From: Candidatus Borrarchaeum weybense
Lineage (GTDB): Archaea; Asgardarchaeota; Sifarchaeia; Borrarchaeales; Borrarchaeaceae
Direction: 5' to 3'
Assembly (NCBI GenBank): GCA_019057385.1
Contig: JAHQJS010000004.1
Location: 384,001-448,000 of the forward strand
Length of the DNA stretch: 64,000 bases
Within the stretch, counting starts at the first letter, position 1, and each line of letters starts with the position of its first letter. A program made the translations under genes and the position numbers. Under the pieces are notes generated by a model that worked only from the letters and a program-made list of their open reading frames with translations, was not told the DNA's origin and ran no database searches. Positions 1-10,276 of the stretch are shown here, one piece after another.

Positions 1-1118
1 TTTGGCGATGACATATAGGTGAATTCGATCCGATGAAATTCATTTAATCTCTCTAGTCCCTTTAGCCCTCCTCCTTCCCAACGCCAAGTAGGACCATTTC
101 TATCAAAGAACTTTATGGGGTTATTTTCAAGATCGTCTATATCCACTATTTCCTTTTGAAAGATTTCATAGAAAGGCTCACACTGAGCATAAGAGAGACC
201 AAACATGGGTGGTCTGAGCATTTTTTGTAACATTTCAGGATTAGTAGTACCTGTGATTTCAACATAGTCTACATATTCTTCAAAGTCTTTAGGATTCCTA
301 CTTGTCGGAGGACATACCCAAAATAGTTCATTTGGAATCGCAAGCTGTCCTTTTTTTCTTTCAACTTCTAATGGGATCAATCGCGGAAAGATGGTTTCGA
401 CAAACCCCATAGGTTTGATTATCTTATCGATCACAAGTTGCTCAATAGCTCGGATGAGTGCTGTAAAAGGAGGCATGATTGTCCAGACGCCGGCACCTGG
501 GAACTCTTTTACCCATCCTCTTCCTACAGCTTGTTCAGTAGGATCTATCTTAATTCTATACTTGTCTAATTTTTTTTCACTTCGCCTGACAGTTTCAGAA
601 AATGCAGCTTTACCTCCCATACTCTGTGTTCTGATTTTTTCTTCCATTCGATTAAGCAATTTATCAATATAGTTCTTTTTTAGTGCTGTTTCATCAATAT
701 CTTTTGGATTTAGAATGATATGAGCCTGATTACCCGTAAAATCGATTTTATCAGTAAATGGAAGAGTCATTGGCTCTAATGGCGCTTCTTCCAGTTCCAT
801 GGTGATTTCAAATCGTTGAATCTCAATTCTTCTTACACCTAATTGGTACTTCTTTCCTAAAAATGTAGACAATTCTTTATTAAGTCGCATAATGCCTGTA
901 TGTGCTCTAACGTATCTACCACTGTTTAAGTTTAAAAAAACGCCTTCTGGCTGTATCTGATATTCTTCTATTGTTGTTCCTTCGTTTTCTTTACCTTCTG
1001 GAACGCCCTTTTTAAGAAATGAGTTGTTTGCATCTTCAAGAAATTCTGTTAAGGATTCTACTGCCTCTGTGGGCAGTTTTTTGCTAAATTCAAAGAACAC
1101 GTCCGCTTCAAATCTCAT
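1..1118 (-). CDS. serS: Seryl-tRNA synthetase, methanogen/archaeal type 2 (runs off the window start)
   Basis: Not in the ORF track. Manual minus-strand translation from 1118 gives MRFEADVFFEFSKKLP...FLKKGVPEGKENEG...SGRYVRAHTGIMRL...SYAQCEPFYE...GLERLNEFHRIE, typical of SerRS2. Confidence 0.9.
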   Translation of the reverse strand, partial: MRFEADVFFEFSKKLPTEAVESLTEFLEDANNSFLKKGVPEGKENEGTTIEEYQIQPEGVFLNLNSGRYVRAHTGIMRLNKELSTFLGKKYQLGVRRIEIQRFEITMELEEAPLEPMTLPFTDKIDFTGNQAHIILNPKDIDETALKKNYIDKLLNRMEEKIRTQSMGGKAAFSETVRRSEKKLDKYRIKIDPTEQAVGRGWVKEFPGAGVWTIMPPFTALIRAIEQLVIDKIIKPMGFVETIFPRLIPLEVERKKGQLAIPNELFWVCPPTSRNPKDFEEYVDYVEITGTTNPEMLQKMLRPPMFGLSYAQCEPFYEIFQKEIVDIDDLENNPIKFFDRNGPTWRWEGGGLKGLERLNEFHRIEFTYMSSP

Positions 1119-1350
1119 CAAAGACACCTAGCGAATCCATTAATCAAACATCATTTGAACTGTTTATTGGTTTATTTTTAAATTCTATTTCCAATGATAA
1201 TCTTTTTGGTAAAAAAAGGAATCTCTTTCAAGTAGCAAAATTTCCAGTGTTTAGTAAATAATAGAATGGAATTTGATGTATTTAATTCTTTGAATCTAAA
1301 TGATAAGAAAAACCTCTCAATATTGTATACTATTTCACTTTCTTAGGTTA

Positions 1351-2091
1351 CTAAAACACTATATCATTCTTAGTAAAGCCGTAGGGGATCTTTTTAGTTA
1401 TATAGTCAAGAATTGGTGATTTAAAAACACGAAGATATCTTGCAAGTTCTCCATTTATTTCCTTTGTTTCTAAACGAATAACAGCATCATAGAGGAACTC
1501 AAAAGTCTTTAATTCCATCGGGTTGTGCATTCCGGTTCCTATCACATCCAAAGTAATTGCATTTTCGGTTTTTGCAACTTGGGTTATTTCTTTGGCCAGC
1601 TTATATGTCTTTTCAAACCCAAAGGTCATCACAATGGTCGAAAGAGAAGAGGTTGCGCTTCTTACGAGAGTTTTCTTTGACTGTTTTCCTTGATCCTGCT
1701 CTCGATACCACATCCAAATTCCATGCATTACGTCCATGATGCGGTTTGCATTATTGGGCTCACCGATCGTGATTATATGTTTTGAAAAATCCCGTACATA
1801 TTCTCCTCCTTTTGTCCAAAAGTCTACAATTTTCCCTTTTTTCAGGAACTCCTCTGGAACAATCCCAAATTCCTTGTATTTCCGAAGTATTTCGTCAACA
1901 GAATAATCATAAGAATAAAAGAAGCAGACATCTTTCTGGCGTAATCCTTCATACAACCATTTTTCTACAAATAGCAATGGACTGGTACCTGTTTCAACCT
2001 CAAGTAAGATTTGCGTGCCTCTTGGCACTCCTGGTCCACCCAAGAGTTTGTCTAGTTCTTTGATACCGCTTGAAGCTAATTCCATTGGCAA
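1351..2091 (-). CDS. KaiC/RAD55-like RecA-family ATPase, degenerate Walker A
   Basis: SSGIKELDKLLGGPGVPRGT N-terminus; Walker A reads VETGTSPL; C-terminal RYLRVFKS motif. Confidence 0.75.
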   Translation of the reverse strand: MPMELASSGIKELDKLLGGPGVPRGTQILLEVETGTSPLLFVEKWLYEGLRQKDVCFFYSYDYSVDEILRKYKEFGIVPEEFLKKGKIVDFWTKGGEYVRDFSKHIITIGEPNNANRIMDVMHGIWMWYREQDQGKQSKKTLVRSATSSLSTIVMTFGFEKTYKLAKEITQVAKTENAITLDVIGTGMHNPMELKTFEFLYDAVIRLETKEINGELARYLRVFKSPILDYITKKIPYGFTKNDIVF

Positions 2092-2151
2092 GACAGGTTA
2101 CTCTCCAAGGGTATCACTAGGTGATGATATAAAAGTTCTACTCAATGTAGC

Positions 2152-3018
2152 TCATTCATAGCAAAGTACAGATTCATCATAGGTTCTTCCTCTGATTTCC
2201 ATACCCTTTGGATGAAAATGTATCTTCTTTTTTTGAAGAAAAATGCTTAGGTGTTCTGTTTTTGTGTTGATATCATCTCCATGCAAAAATTTAAGTGGTA
2301 AATCGATCGATAACGGACGTATTTTAACTATGTGACGTGTGCTTTTAAGTGGGAACAAAATACCGCTTTTTGCTGCCATTATTACATCTTTTTTGTTTAT
2401 AATTGGTGGCACGAGCACTCCTACGACATCTTTTTTTTCGATCTCAATTTTTGAACTATATTTGACTTCAATATTAAAATGGAATTTGAAAAGTACCTCG
2501 ATAAGAATAAGATGATTAAAAATTTCTACAAGATCCTTGACCTCTTCCTTACTGTTAATAAGAATGGATTTTTCCTTTGTAATCAACGCACCAGCAACGC
2601 TTCCTTCGTTTATCAATTTTACAGCTTCTTGAGGATTCTTTGTGTATGCAATATCAAATTTATCCAATCTTTGGATGCTTTCAATCATTTGTATTGACGG
2701 GATTGTCTGATTCGATATGAACCGCCTGTACCATCGATTAACACTTACATCCTTGTAGGGTACACAATAGCAAAGAACGGTTTTGCATGAAAGTTTTTTA
2801 AAAGCCGCAAGGCGGTGCATTCCATCTAATACAACACTACTATCGCGCTCAACGATTATGGGGTCTTTCTGAAAACCATCATTTTCTATTTCTTGCGCTA
2901 ATTGATCAACTATTTTAAAAGCCGTTTTCTCATGAGGCAGAAGGGACTCAAGTTTTTCTAATCTGATGTCAGATTCAACAACATTGCGAATCTGTGAAGA
3001 ATTCATGTTTTTCCCCAA
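2152..3018 (-). CDS. ParB/sulfiredoxin-domain protein, SerK-like free serine kinase
   Basis: LLPHE, PIIV..VVLDGMHRL and C-terminal FPLKSTRH motifs. Confidence 0.65.
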   Translation of the reverse strand: MGKNMNSSQIRNVVESDIRLEKLESLLPHEKTAFKIVDQLAQEIENDGFQKDPIIVERDSSVVLDGMHRLAAFKKLSCKTVLCYCVPYKDVSVNRWYRRFISNQTIPSIQMIESIQRLDKFDIAYTKNPQEAVKLINEGSVAGALITKEKSILINSKEEVKDLVEIFNHLILIEVLFKFHFNIEVKYSSKIEIEKKDVVGVLVPPIINKKDVIMAAKSGILFPLKSTRHIVKIRPLSIDLPLKFLHGDDINTKTEHLSIFLQKKKIHFHPKGMEIRGRTYDESVLCYE

Positions 3019-3522
3019 TTAGACTTTAATTAATGTTGGCAAATAATGCTATAAAAACTACATAAGATTTGAATGAGTAACTGTATTTAATTTACAATTC
3101 TTAACTTAAATCTGCTTTTCATAATGAACCTGTAAGTCATTATAATCAAATGTATTAAAAGCGTATTTTCCGAATGGTACGAATGAAATACCCGCATGTT
3201 ACTTGCATTTATTGTATTTTCTTCTAAAGATCATAAAAATAATAATTTTGAGTTTCACAGAACAATTTTGTATTTACACATTTTTTTGGTTGCTAATTAA
3301 CACAAGATCTAACGATCAAAGCGTTATCTTATTTTGTCGTTAGGAAATCCTCGATCAAAGTTGAAAAAATTATTAGCTCTCCTTTTGTTATAAAATACCG
3401 ACAAAAGTAATAACCAGATGATACAAAATCGTTTTATTATTTATTTTATAAAATATTCCGACAAAAACACTTGAATATAGAATTTTTGAAATTTATCGGC
3501 ATTTTCAAAGGAGCTTAACACT

Positions 3523-4008
3523 TTGGAATTATCTGGGAGACATCTGTTGATTATTTCATGTTCGAAAACAAAGAATAGTCAACTGAGAAACAATGAAGAA
3601 ATAACACTCCCTGCAATACAAGGATATGATGGCAAGATTTTTCTGACTTTACGAAAAGCATTTAGAGAAGGATTAGGGCAAAATGTTGATGTACTCATAA
3701 TCTCAGCAAAATATGGTCTTTTAAGAGCAACAGATGAGATTTCTTATTATGAGGAACGCATGACAAGACAAAAAGCACACGAACTTAGAGATAGGGTTTT
3801 ATCTAAATTGAAATTGATTGTTGCGAATGGAGGAAACTACAGAACAATTTTTGTAATGATGGGAAAAGACTATTTTGAAGCAATTAGCGGCTTATCTACG
3901 TTAATCGATATCCCTATTGATATTATAGAAATGGAAAAAATCGGAAAAGCACAGCAAAAACTTAGAAACTTATTGTTAAGATTAAACTCACAGATAGTGG
4001 TATCTTAA
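3523..4008 (+). CDS. DUF6884/YaaA-like protein
   Basis: IISCSKTK...PA...Y.G and IISAKYGLL...I.YYEERM motifs. Confidence 0.6.
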   Translation: MELSGRHLLIISCSKTKNSQLRNNEEITLPAIQGYDGKIFLTLRKAFREGLGQNVDVLIISAKYGLLRATDEISYYEERMTRQKAHELRDRVLSKLKLIVANGGNYRTIFVMMGKDYFEAISGLSTLIDIPIDIIEMEKIGKAQQKLRNLLLRLNSQIVVS

Positions 4009-4245
4009 TCTAAATTTTCCTATTAGAAGATTAAAGAAACAATAATTTCAAGGGCAAAAAAGCATTAAATTAGATTTTCTATTTTCTAATTGAGTTATTT
4101 TCCGTTGTTCCACCACCAATGCCCATCCAAACTTTCTGATTTCTTATAAATATCCATTTTTGGACTATAGTAGTTAAAATTAAAGTTGCCTTCAACACAT
4201 TCTTTTTTAAAAAACAGGGATATTAAAAAAACAGGAGGGTATATC

Positions 4246-5091
4246 TTGGACGTCGTATCAGTATTGAAAGACGGAAACATCGAAGACATGGTTGAAAGAT
4301 CAGTGAACCTTGTCCTTGCTGGAGGACTTGAGGAAATAATTGATAAAGGCGACCGTGTTTTAATCAAACCAAACCTTGCCGCCCCAAAGCAAAGTAATAC
4401 AGGAGCCACAACAAATCCGAGGGTCGTTTTAAAATTAATCGGGTTAGTGAAGAGTGCCGGCGGCATACCTATCGTTGGCGAAAGCCCGATTGTTGGTTAT
4501 AATACGGAAGAAGTTTTCTATAGGACAAAATACAAACTTCTTATGAAGGGGCAAGGTGTCGATATTGTTGATTTTAATGCAGATACGCCTGTCGAAGTTT
4601 CAATAAAAGGAGCATTAGCCCTCAAAGAAGTAAAACTTGCTAAAACTGTGTTAGATTGTGATAAATTTATTAGTGTGCCAGTATTAAAAACACATGACGC
4701 TTGTACTGTAACTCTAAGCTTAAAAAATCTTAAGGGCTGCATGTATCAAAATGAAAAATATAACTCGCATCGTGTGGGCGTGCATAAAGCGATTGTCGAT
4801 CTTAATACACTCATTAAACCCGATTTAGCGGTAATTGATGGTATTGTGGGTATGGAAGGACTTGGACCCACAGCTGGAGATCCCGTACGCATGGATATGA
4901 TAATCGCAGGAAAAGATTTAGCATCCGTAGACACTGTCGCTTCCACGATTATGGGATTCGATGCAGATAAGATAAAACATATTAAATATGCGGCACAAAA
5001 TGGCTTTGGAACAACAGACCTTCAAAAGATTGAAGTCTTAGGTGAACCTATTCAAAAGGTTTTTCGTAAATTCCAAGAAGCTACGTGGTGA
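4246..5091 (+). CDS. DUF362 family protein
   Basis: VLIKPNL, PVLKTH, LSLKNLKG, IDGIVGMEGLGP motifs. Likely TTG start at 4246 after GGAGG. Confidence 0.85.
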   Translation: MDVVSVLKDGNIEDMVERSVNLVLAGGLEEIIDKGDRVLIKPNLAAPKQSNTGATTNPRVVLKLIGLVKSAGGIPIVGESPIVGYNTEEVFYRTKYKLLMKGQGVDIVDFNADTPVEVSIKGALALKEVKLAKTVLDCDKFISVPVLKTHDACTVTLSLKNLKGCMYQNEKYNSHRVGVHKAIVDLNTLIKPDLAVIDGIVGMEGLGPTAGDPVRMDMIIAGKDLASVDTVASTIMGFDADKIKHIKYAAQNGFGTTDLQKIEVLGEPIQKVFRKFQEATW

Positions 5092-5396
5092 GCTACCTCG
5101 TGCTAAAGCTTTGAGGCTTCCTGCTTCAACGACAGACTCGATCCCCTTGACGGGTTACGGAGGTCTTATCTCCACAGGCTTAACATCCCTATGCCCCGTA
5201 GGTACGGTTCACGATGGTGAGACCATCGGAGCATGCACCTTATCTGCAAGTGTGCGTGTTATCCCTCCAATAGCCATTAATACCTTATTCATACCACCTA
5301 TATAAAGTCAGGGAGACCCTTCGATGCACGTGATGAAAGTGAACACTCACTCACGCAATTCATCACCATGCTGAGGCAGTGGTGCTTTCTTGCTTG
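5088..5396 (-). mobile_element. Non-autonomous IS200/IS605-like element (no ORF; omega-RNA-like body)
   Basis: Subterminal hairpins at both ends (cctcgtgctaaagctttgagg; caccatgctgaggcagtggtg). On the minus strand it ends in TCAC and is preceded by TTAC. Confidence 0.65.
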
Positions 5397-5428
5397 GCTA
5401 CGTGGTAAACGTTATTGGAGTCTTTGAA

Positions 5429-5863
5429 TTGGTATTAATTAACATAGATCAGGAAAAATGCAATTTGTGTAGGATTTGTGTACAAGCTTGTCCTAGCGAG
5501 ATTTATTTGGTGGAAGTGCACGGAATAGAAGTGGAAAAAGAAAAATGCCTAGGCTGTGGAAACTGCATAACGATTTGTCCTGTTGAGGATTTTGGAGAGA
5601 AACCAATCTATAGAATTCACAATGGTAAGAGTGGCATTTCTGAGGAAAGAATTGATATATGCAAACGCTTTGATGGGTCTGGGTGGAGTTGCGAGTTGTG
5701 TAAAAACGTCTGTCCTGTTGGAGCTATACGATTTATTGGTAATTGTCAATTAAATGAAGAAAATATAAAAAATTGCCTTGAAGGCGAGGGAAAAGACTGT
5801 CGAATCTGCTCAGAGGCATGTCCTGAGGGAGCGATTCGTGTTAGAAGAGATAATGGCAAATAA
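5429..5863 (+). CDS. Multi-cluster 4Fe-4S ferredoxin
   Basis: Four CxxCxxxCP-type motifs. TTG start at 5429 after GGAG; the track start at 5390 lies inside the IS remnant. Confidence 0.85.
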   Translation: MVLINIDQEKCNLCRICVQACPSEIYLVEVHGIEVEKEKCLGCGNCITICPVEDFGEKPIYRIHNGKSGISEERIDICKRFDGSGWSCELCKNVCPVGAIRFIGNCQLNEENIKNCLEGEGKDCRICSEACPEGAIRVRRDNGK

Positions 5864-5883
5864 TTATAATGGGGCTAATATAG

Positions 5884-6720
5884 ATGAACGCGCGATTGGA
5901 AGATCCTAAGAAATTACTAGAAACGTTACTAGAAGATTTCAAGAAAAAGGGTAGCGTAGTAGTCGCGTTTTCTGGAGGTGTGGACAGTAGTGTGGTTGCA
6001 GCACTGGCATATCGGGCTCTAGGTGATAGATCAGTTGCAGTTACTGTCGATTCTCCGATGATGTTTCCAGACGAAGTTCAAACTGCAAGGGAAGTCGCCC
6101 AGCAGATAGGGATACAACACATTATTGTCCCTCTAAATGAACTTGAACATCCAGCAATATTACAAAATCCTCCAGATCGTTGCTATCACTGTAAAAAGTT
6201 GCGATTCAGTGATTTGTTTGAATTTGCAGAAAAGGAAGGGTACGAAGCAGTGGCTGACGGTACGAATGTTGAGGATTTTGATGAACATCGTCCTGGAATA
6301 CGTGCCGCAAGGGAATTACAAGTTTGGTCACCATTAGCAGAACGCGGTCTAAATAAAGAAAAAATTCGTGCGCTTGCAAAATTATTAAACTTACCATCTG
6401 CTGAAAAACCTGCGATGGCATGTTTGGCGAGTCGGGTTCCGTACGGGGAAACACTTTCTGAAGAAAGATTTAAACGAATAGCACAAGCGGAAATTTATAT
6501 CCGTAATGAACTTAGGATTAAACAGGTAAGAGTACGTGAGCATGAAAACGGAAAAATTGCCAGAATTGAAGTAGGCTCTGCAGAACGAAATAAATTCTTT
6601 GATTTTGAAAAAATGGATAGTTTATCGAAGCAGTTAAAGAAGTTAGGCTATAAATATGTGACGCTTGATCTCCTTGGCTATCGTTCTGGAGCCATGGACG
6701 AAGTACTTCAAAAGTCTTGA
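5884..6720 (+). CDS. larE: ATP-dependent sacrificial sulfur transferase LarE
   Basis: PP-loop AFSGGVDSS, DRCYHCKK, RPG, CLASRVPYG, QVRVR motifs. Confidence 0.9.
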   Translation: MNARLEDPKKLLETLLEDFKKKGSVVVAFSGGVDSSVVAALAYRALGDRSVAVTVDSPMMFPDEVQTAREVAQQIGIQHIIVPLNELEHPAILQNPPDRCYHCKKLRFSDLFEFAEKEGYEAVADGTNVEDFDEHRPGIRAARELQVWSPLAERGLNKEKIRALAKLLNLPSAEKPAMACLASRVPYGETLSEERFKRIAQAEIYIRNELRIKQVRVREHENGKIARIEVGSAERNKFFDFEKMDSLSKQLKKLGYKYVTLDLLGYRSGAMDEVLQKS

Positions 6721-6737
6721 ATTGTTAGGCATAAGTC

Positions 6738-7151
6738 TTATTTTTTGATTATTTCAACGGTTCCGTCATCGCCGTTAACCTTAATGTAGTCATCTGTGCA
6801 ACATTCTTTTAGTAGATTCTTATCAAAGTTATCAATCATTGGAATGTCGATGGTAATGGCACTAAGAGCCAAAATGGGATCTGCTATATCACATACTATC
6901 GCAACGGGTGCAGTTCCACGAATCATAGCATCATACGCAACATATGGACCTAATGTTCCGCCTTTTCCTGTAGGACACACAAGAACCTTCCCCCTCATAT
7001 ATTCACCCATTTTTTCGCTCATTAGAAGTTTTCCTGTTGTCGGGTCAAAATCCCCGATAAAACTAAATGGTGTGTTTACAACGATTGCATAGCCTTCTGC
7101 TTTTCCTTTATTGATTATATGACCCGTTAATATCATTTTAAATGCACCCAT
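6738..7151 (-). CDS. Aconitase X swivel subunit (DUF126)
   Basis: GKAEG..SFIGDFDPTTG, PTGKGGT motifs; adjacent to the DUF521 gene. Confidence 0.85.
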   Translation of the reverse strand: MGAFKMILTGHIINKGKAEGYAIVVNTPFSFIGDFDPTTGKLLMSEKMGEYMRGKVLVCPTGKGGTLGPYVAYDAMIRGTAPVAIVCDIADPILALSAITIDIPMIDNFDKNLLKECCTDDYIKVNGDDGTVEIIKK

Positions 7152-8386
7152 TTTCCACTAATTGCTGAAGCTACACAATCTTTCATAGTTCCATACAACA
7201 CATCTATTTTTCCTTTAGTTAGTCTGGTGATATAATGAGCAGCCTTTATTGAATTCGTTGCAATCACTTCAATATCGTCTGGAAAAGGTGCTTCTGGAAT
7301 AGATGCCATGCAGGAGCTTGAAAAAACACCGCCAGCATTTTCTATAATGCCTGTGTATCCCATACGGGTGGCTAATAACTTTATTTGGTCTGCTGTAGCT
7401 AACCATAATCGTGTATCTCTAGCAGTTTTTGTATTTCCTAATAATACTGCAATGTTTCTGATTTCAGAGATCGAGCAATGTGGACATCCGAAAATTACCA
7501 AATCAACTTTATCACTACGCGCTGTACTGTACGCTTCCCAAGCTTCTTCTATGCACTTTTTGTCAACAGTTATTCTTTCTTCAGGGATGTTATCTCCAAA
7601 TGCTTGATCGACTATTGGGGCTTCAGGTGTGACTCCAACAACATGGCATAGTCCAACTGCTCCAGAAACTGGCTGAGGGGTGAAAAGGAATTTACATTGT
7701 TCAACTGAAAGATTAGGCATCCCATTAATAACAACATTCTGATTTCGTGCTAGCGCACCGATATAGTAACCAAAAGCTCCAAAATCTTCATTAGAGAAAT
7801 TCTTGAAATCAAGACCCTTTGGTTCTACTAAAATTTGGCCATATCTATTCTGGGTTTCTAATAATCCAGTTAAAGGGGTTTTACCTGTGATTGCACTTGC
7901 TAAGGTACTAGTTGACCCTTCTCTGTTAGTTCTTGCCCCAAGAAGTGAATTACAAAAAATTTGAAGGCCTGAGCCGATCCAACTGCAAATATCTCCTTTT
8001 TTAGGAAGATTACCAACAAGAAAGGGAACACATGTGAATATTTGTAACCACTGCATTTTCTTGTAAATCTCAAGCCGCTTATTGAAAAGGTCTAACTCCT
8101 TTTCGGCAAATGATTCAGAGATGCCCATTTCCTTCCAGCAAGTCGGATCAAATGCTGACATAAAGGCATGAATTGTGGTTAGAACGTTAGGATTTGGTTT
8201 TGCGCCTTCCGTCATTTCAAGCAATAACTTGTAAGGCTCGAGAGGCATGTTATGCACACTTGTGACGTTCACCATTCTTTCTGCATCAAAAGCTTCACCG
8301 TATTTTACCAGTAACTTCATAGCTTTTTCTACGCCAGTTCCATACGCCCCATCAAACATGCGCTCTTCATCTTTGCTTAAAAACAT
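7133..8386 (-). CDS. Aconitase X catalytic subunit (DUF521)
   Basis: TCVPF, NSLLGARTNREG, GVTPEA, FGCPHCS, TNSIKAAHY motifs. Confidence 0.9.
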   Translation of the reverse strand: MFLSKDEERMFDGAYGTGVEKAMKLLVKYGEAFDAERMVNVTSVHNMPLEPYKLLLEMTEGAKPNPNVLTTIHAFMSAFDPTCWKEMGISESFAEKELDLFNKRLEIYKKMQWLQIFTCVPFLVGNLPKKGDICSWIGSGLQIFCNSLLGARTNREGSTSTLASAITGKTPLTGLLETQNRYGQILVEPKGLDFKNFSNEDFGAFGYYIGALARNQNVVINGMPNLSVEQCKFLFTPQPVSGAVGLCHVVGVTPEAPIVDQAFGDNIPEERITVDKKCIEEAWEAYSTARSDKVDLVIFGCPHCSISEIRNIAVLLGNTKTARDTRLWLATADQIKLLATRMGYTGIIENAGGVFSSSCMASIPEAPFPDDIEVIATNSIKAAHYITRLTKGKIDVLYGTMKDCVASAISGKWVHLK

Positions 8387-8417
8387 TCTTTTCTCCTATT
8401 CCATGTTTTTGTTTTAT

Positions 8418-8687
8418 TTATTCCGGCGGGCGATATGTTTCTTCAACATTATGAGTGTGCACCCATCCCCCTTGTGCGATATCTTCCTTAGCCATGCCTA
8501 CGGATTCTCCGTACTTTATTATATCTTCCCCCTTTTTGATATCATCAATAGCGATTTTATGTCCAAAGGAAATTGATTGCTTTACTGTAATTGTTTGATC
8601 GTTTACAGAAATTGTGGTATTTTCTAGGATCTCAGAAACAGCTGTTACGACATTATCCTTAGAATTAACAAGTATGACCTGTTTCAT
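8418..8687 (-). CDS. UxaA/altronate dehydratase small (SAF) subunit
   Basis: DNVVTA, GHKIA, IIKYGE, WVHTHN motifs. Confidence 0.9.
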   Translation of the reverse strand: MKQVILVNSKDNVVTAVSEILENTTISVNDQTITVKQSISFGHKIAIDDIKKGEDIIKYGESVGMAKEDIAQGGWVHTHNVEETYRPPE

Positions 8688-8708
8688 TTGAACTCTCCTC
8701 CTTTTGTC

Positions 8709-9893
8709 TTAAATTGTAGGACCATAGGTCAAGATTTCCATGCCCTCATTATACTTTAGGATCTCAGCTTTCGTCAATTTCCCAGAGGCTACGTTTAGCA
8801 TTTCTTCATACAATCGTTCACCTGCTTGCTCGACAGTTTCTGTGCCTTCGATTATTCCACTAACGTTAAAGTCCATATGTGATCGTAAATTCTCCCATGT
8901 GTTGATATTTCCCGTTAACTTGATAACTGGCATGATCGGATGCCCTTCTGGTGCGCCTAGCCCTGTAGTAAATAGCATAAGTTGAGAGCCCGCTGCCGCT
9001 ACACCAGTAAGATTCTCATATCCCCGTCCTGGGGTCGGCATAACATAAAGTCCTTTTCCAGGCGGTTTTTCAGCGTATCCTATTGTTCCTTTTACTGGAG
9101 TCGAACCACCCTTAGCAATTGCACCCAAAGCCTTTTCCTTGACAGTAGTGAGTCCACCTCTCTTATTTCCCTCCGTTAATTGCCCACCTACAGCATCCAT
9201 ACCGACTGCTTGCGCCCTAAATATCAGATCTTTTACCATGGCAATTATTTCATTACCCACTTCGGGAGTTACAGCACGTGCTGCCAAGACGTCTTCGGAA
9301 CCCATAATGTCACATACCTCACCAAGTATAAACGTACCACCATCTTCTATTAGTTTATCAGCTACTGCCCCTACCGCAAGATTTGAAGCAAGTCCTGATG
9401 TTGCATCCGATGCCCCGCATTTTGTAGATAACATTAATTCGGAGGTGTCATATTCATTTCTCCTTATTTGTGATGCTTCTAGTACCATTTCAGAGGCGAT
9501 TTCAATGCCTGTTGCACATGCATTTGTACTGCCTCCTATCTTTTGAATCTCTACTAAATCAACAGGTTTTCCAGATTTAGCAATTTCGTCTGCTATTTTA
9601 TCTGGAAACACACTTTCACAACCTAAACTAACCAACAAAACAGCCGCTATATTAGGATTCTTTCCTAGACCAATAATTGTTTTACTTACCTGTTCAAGAT
9701 CTGGAGGCAGTTTTAGACATCCTTGACGATGTGTTAGTCCTACTGTGCCACTCACATGCCTAGTGATTTCAAGAACCACCTCATTGGCGCACCCTACGGT
9801 TGGAAGAACCGCCACATAATTTCGCACACCAATTTCGCCACTAGGTCTTTCGAATCCAAAAAATGAGGTACCCATGTTCTCACACACATCCAT
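8709..9893 (-). CDS. UxaA/GarD family dehydratase large subunit
   Basis: GVRNY, LGCE, KCGASD, GNKRGGLTT, FTTGLG motifs. Confidence 0.9.
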   Translation of the reverse strand: MDVCENMGTSFFGFERPSGEIGVRNYVAVLPTVGCANEVVLEITRHVSGTVGLTHRQGCLKLPPDLEQVSKTIIGLGKNPNIAAVLLVSLGCESVFPDKIADEIAKSGKPVDLVEIQKIGGSTNACATGIEIASEMVLEASQIRRNEYDTSELMLSTKCGASDATSGLASNLAVGAVADKLIEDGGTFILGEVCDIMGSEDVLAARAVTPEVGNEIIAMVKDLIFRAQAVGMDAVGGQLTEGNKRGGLTTVKEKALGAIAKGGSTPVKGTIGYAEKPPGKGLYVMPTPGRGYENLTGVAAAGSQLMLFTTGLGAPEGHPIMPVIKLTGNINTWENLRSHMDFNVSGIIEGTETVEQAGERLYEEMLNVASGKLTKAEILKYNEGMEILTYGPTI

Positions 9894-10276
9894 TGAATTT
9901 CACATTATGTAAGTCATATTTTTAATAGCTCTCTTAAGTTCAAAAAATTATTTGAGAAGAGATTATAATCCACTAAATTCCAATTAAGGACGTTAGTTGC
10001 GTATAGACTTGAAGTATAACTTCTTCTTATATAATATATTCTATCTAAGCTATATTTAAAAATAGTGATCTCCTAAGCCACATATTTTCTCATAAACTGA
10101 AATGCATGTGAAATGTGAATTTTGTAAAAGAATATGTCCGTCATGTCTCCTAAAATCAATTAAATCACGTATAGGGCGACCTTAAAGATTCGAAAACATT
10201 CTCAAATTGCTTTAGGTCTATTGCAAAGCCTAAGTATGCATTTTTTTACTTTCTGAGGATACCTTCTTAAGTTGAC

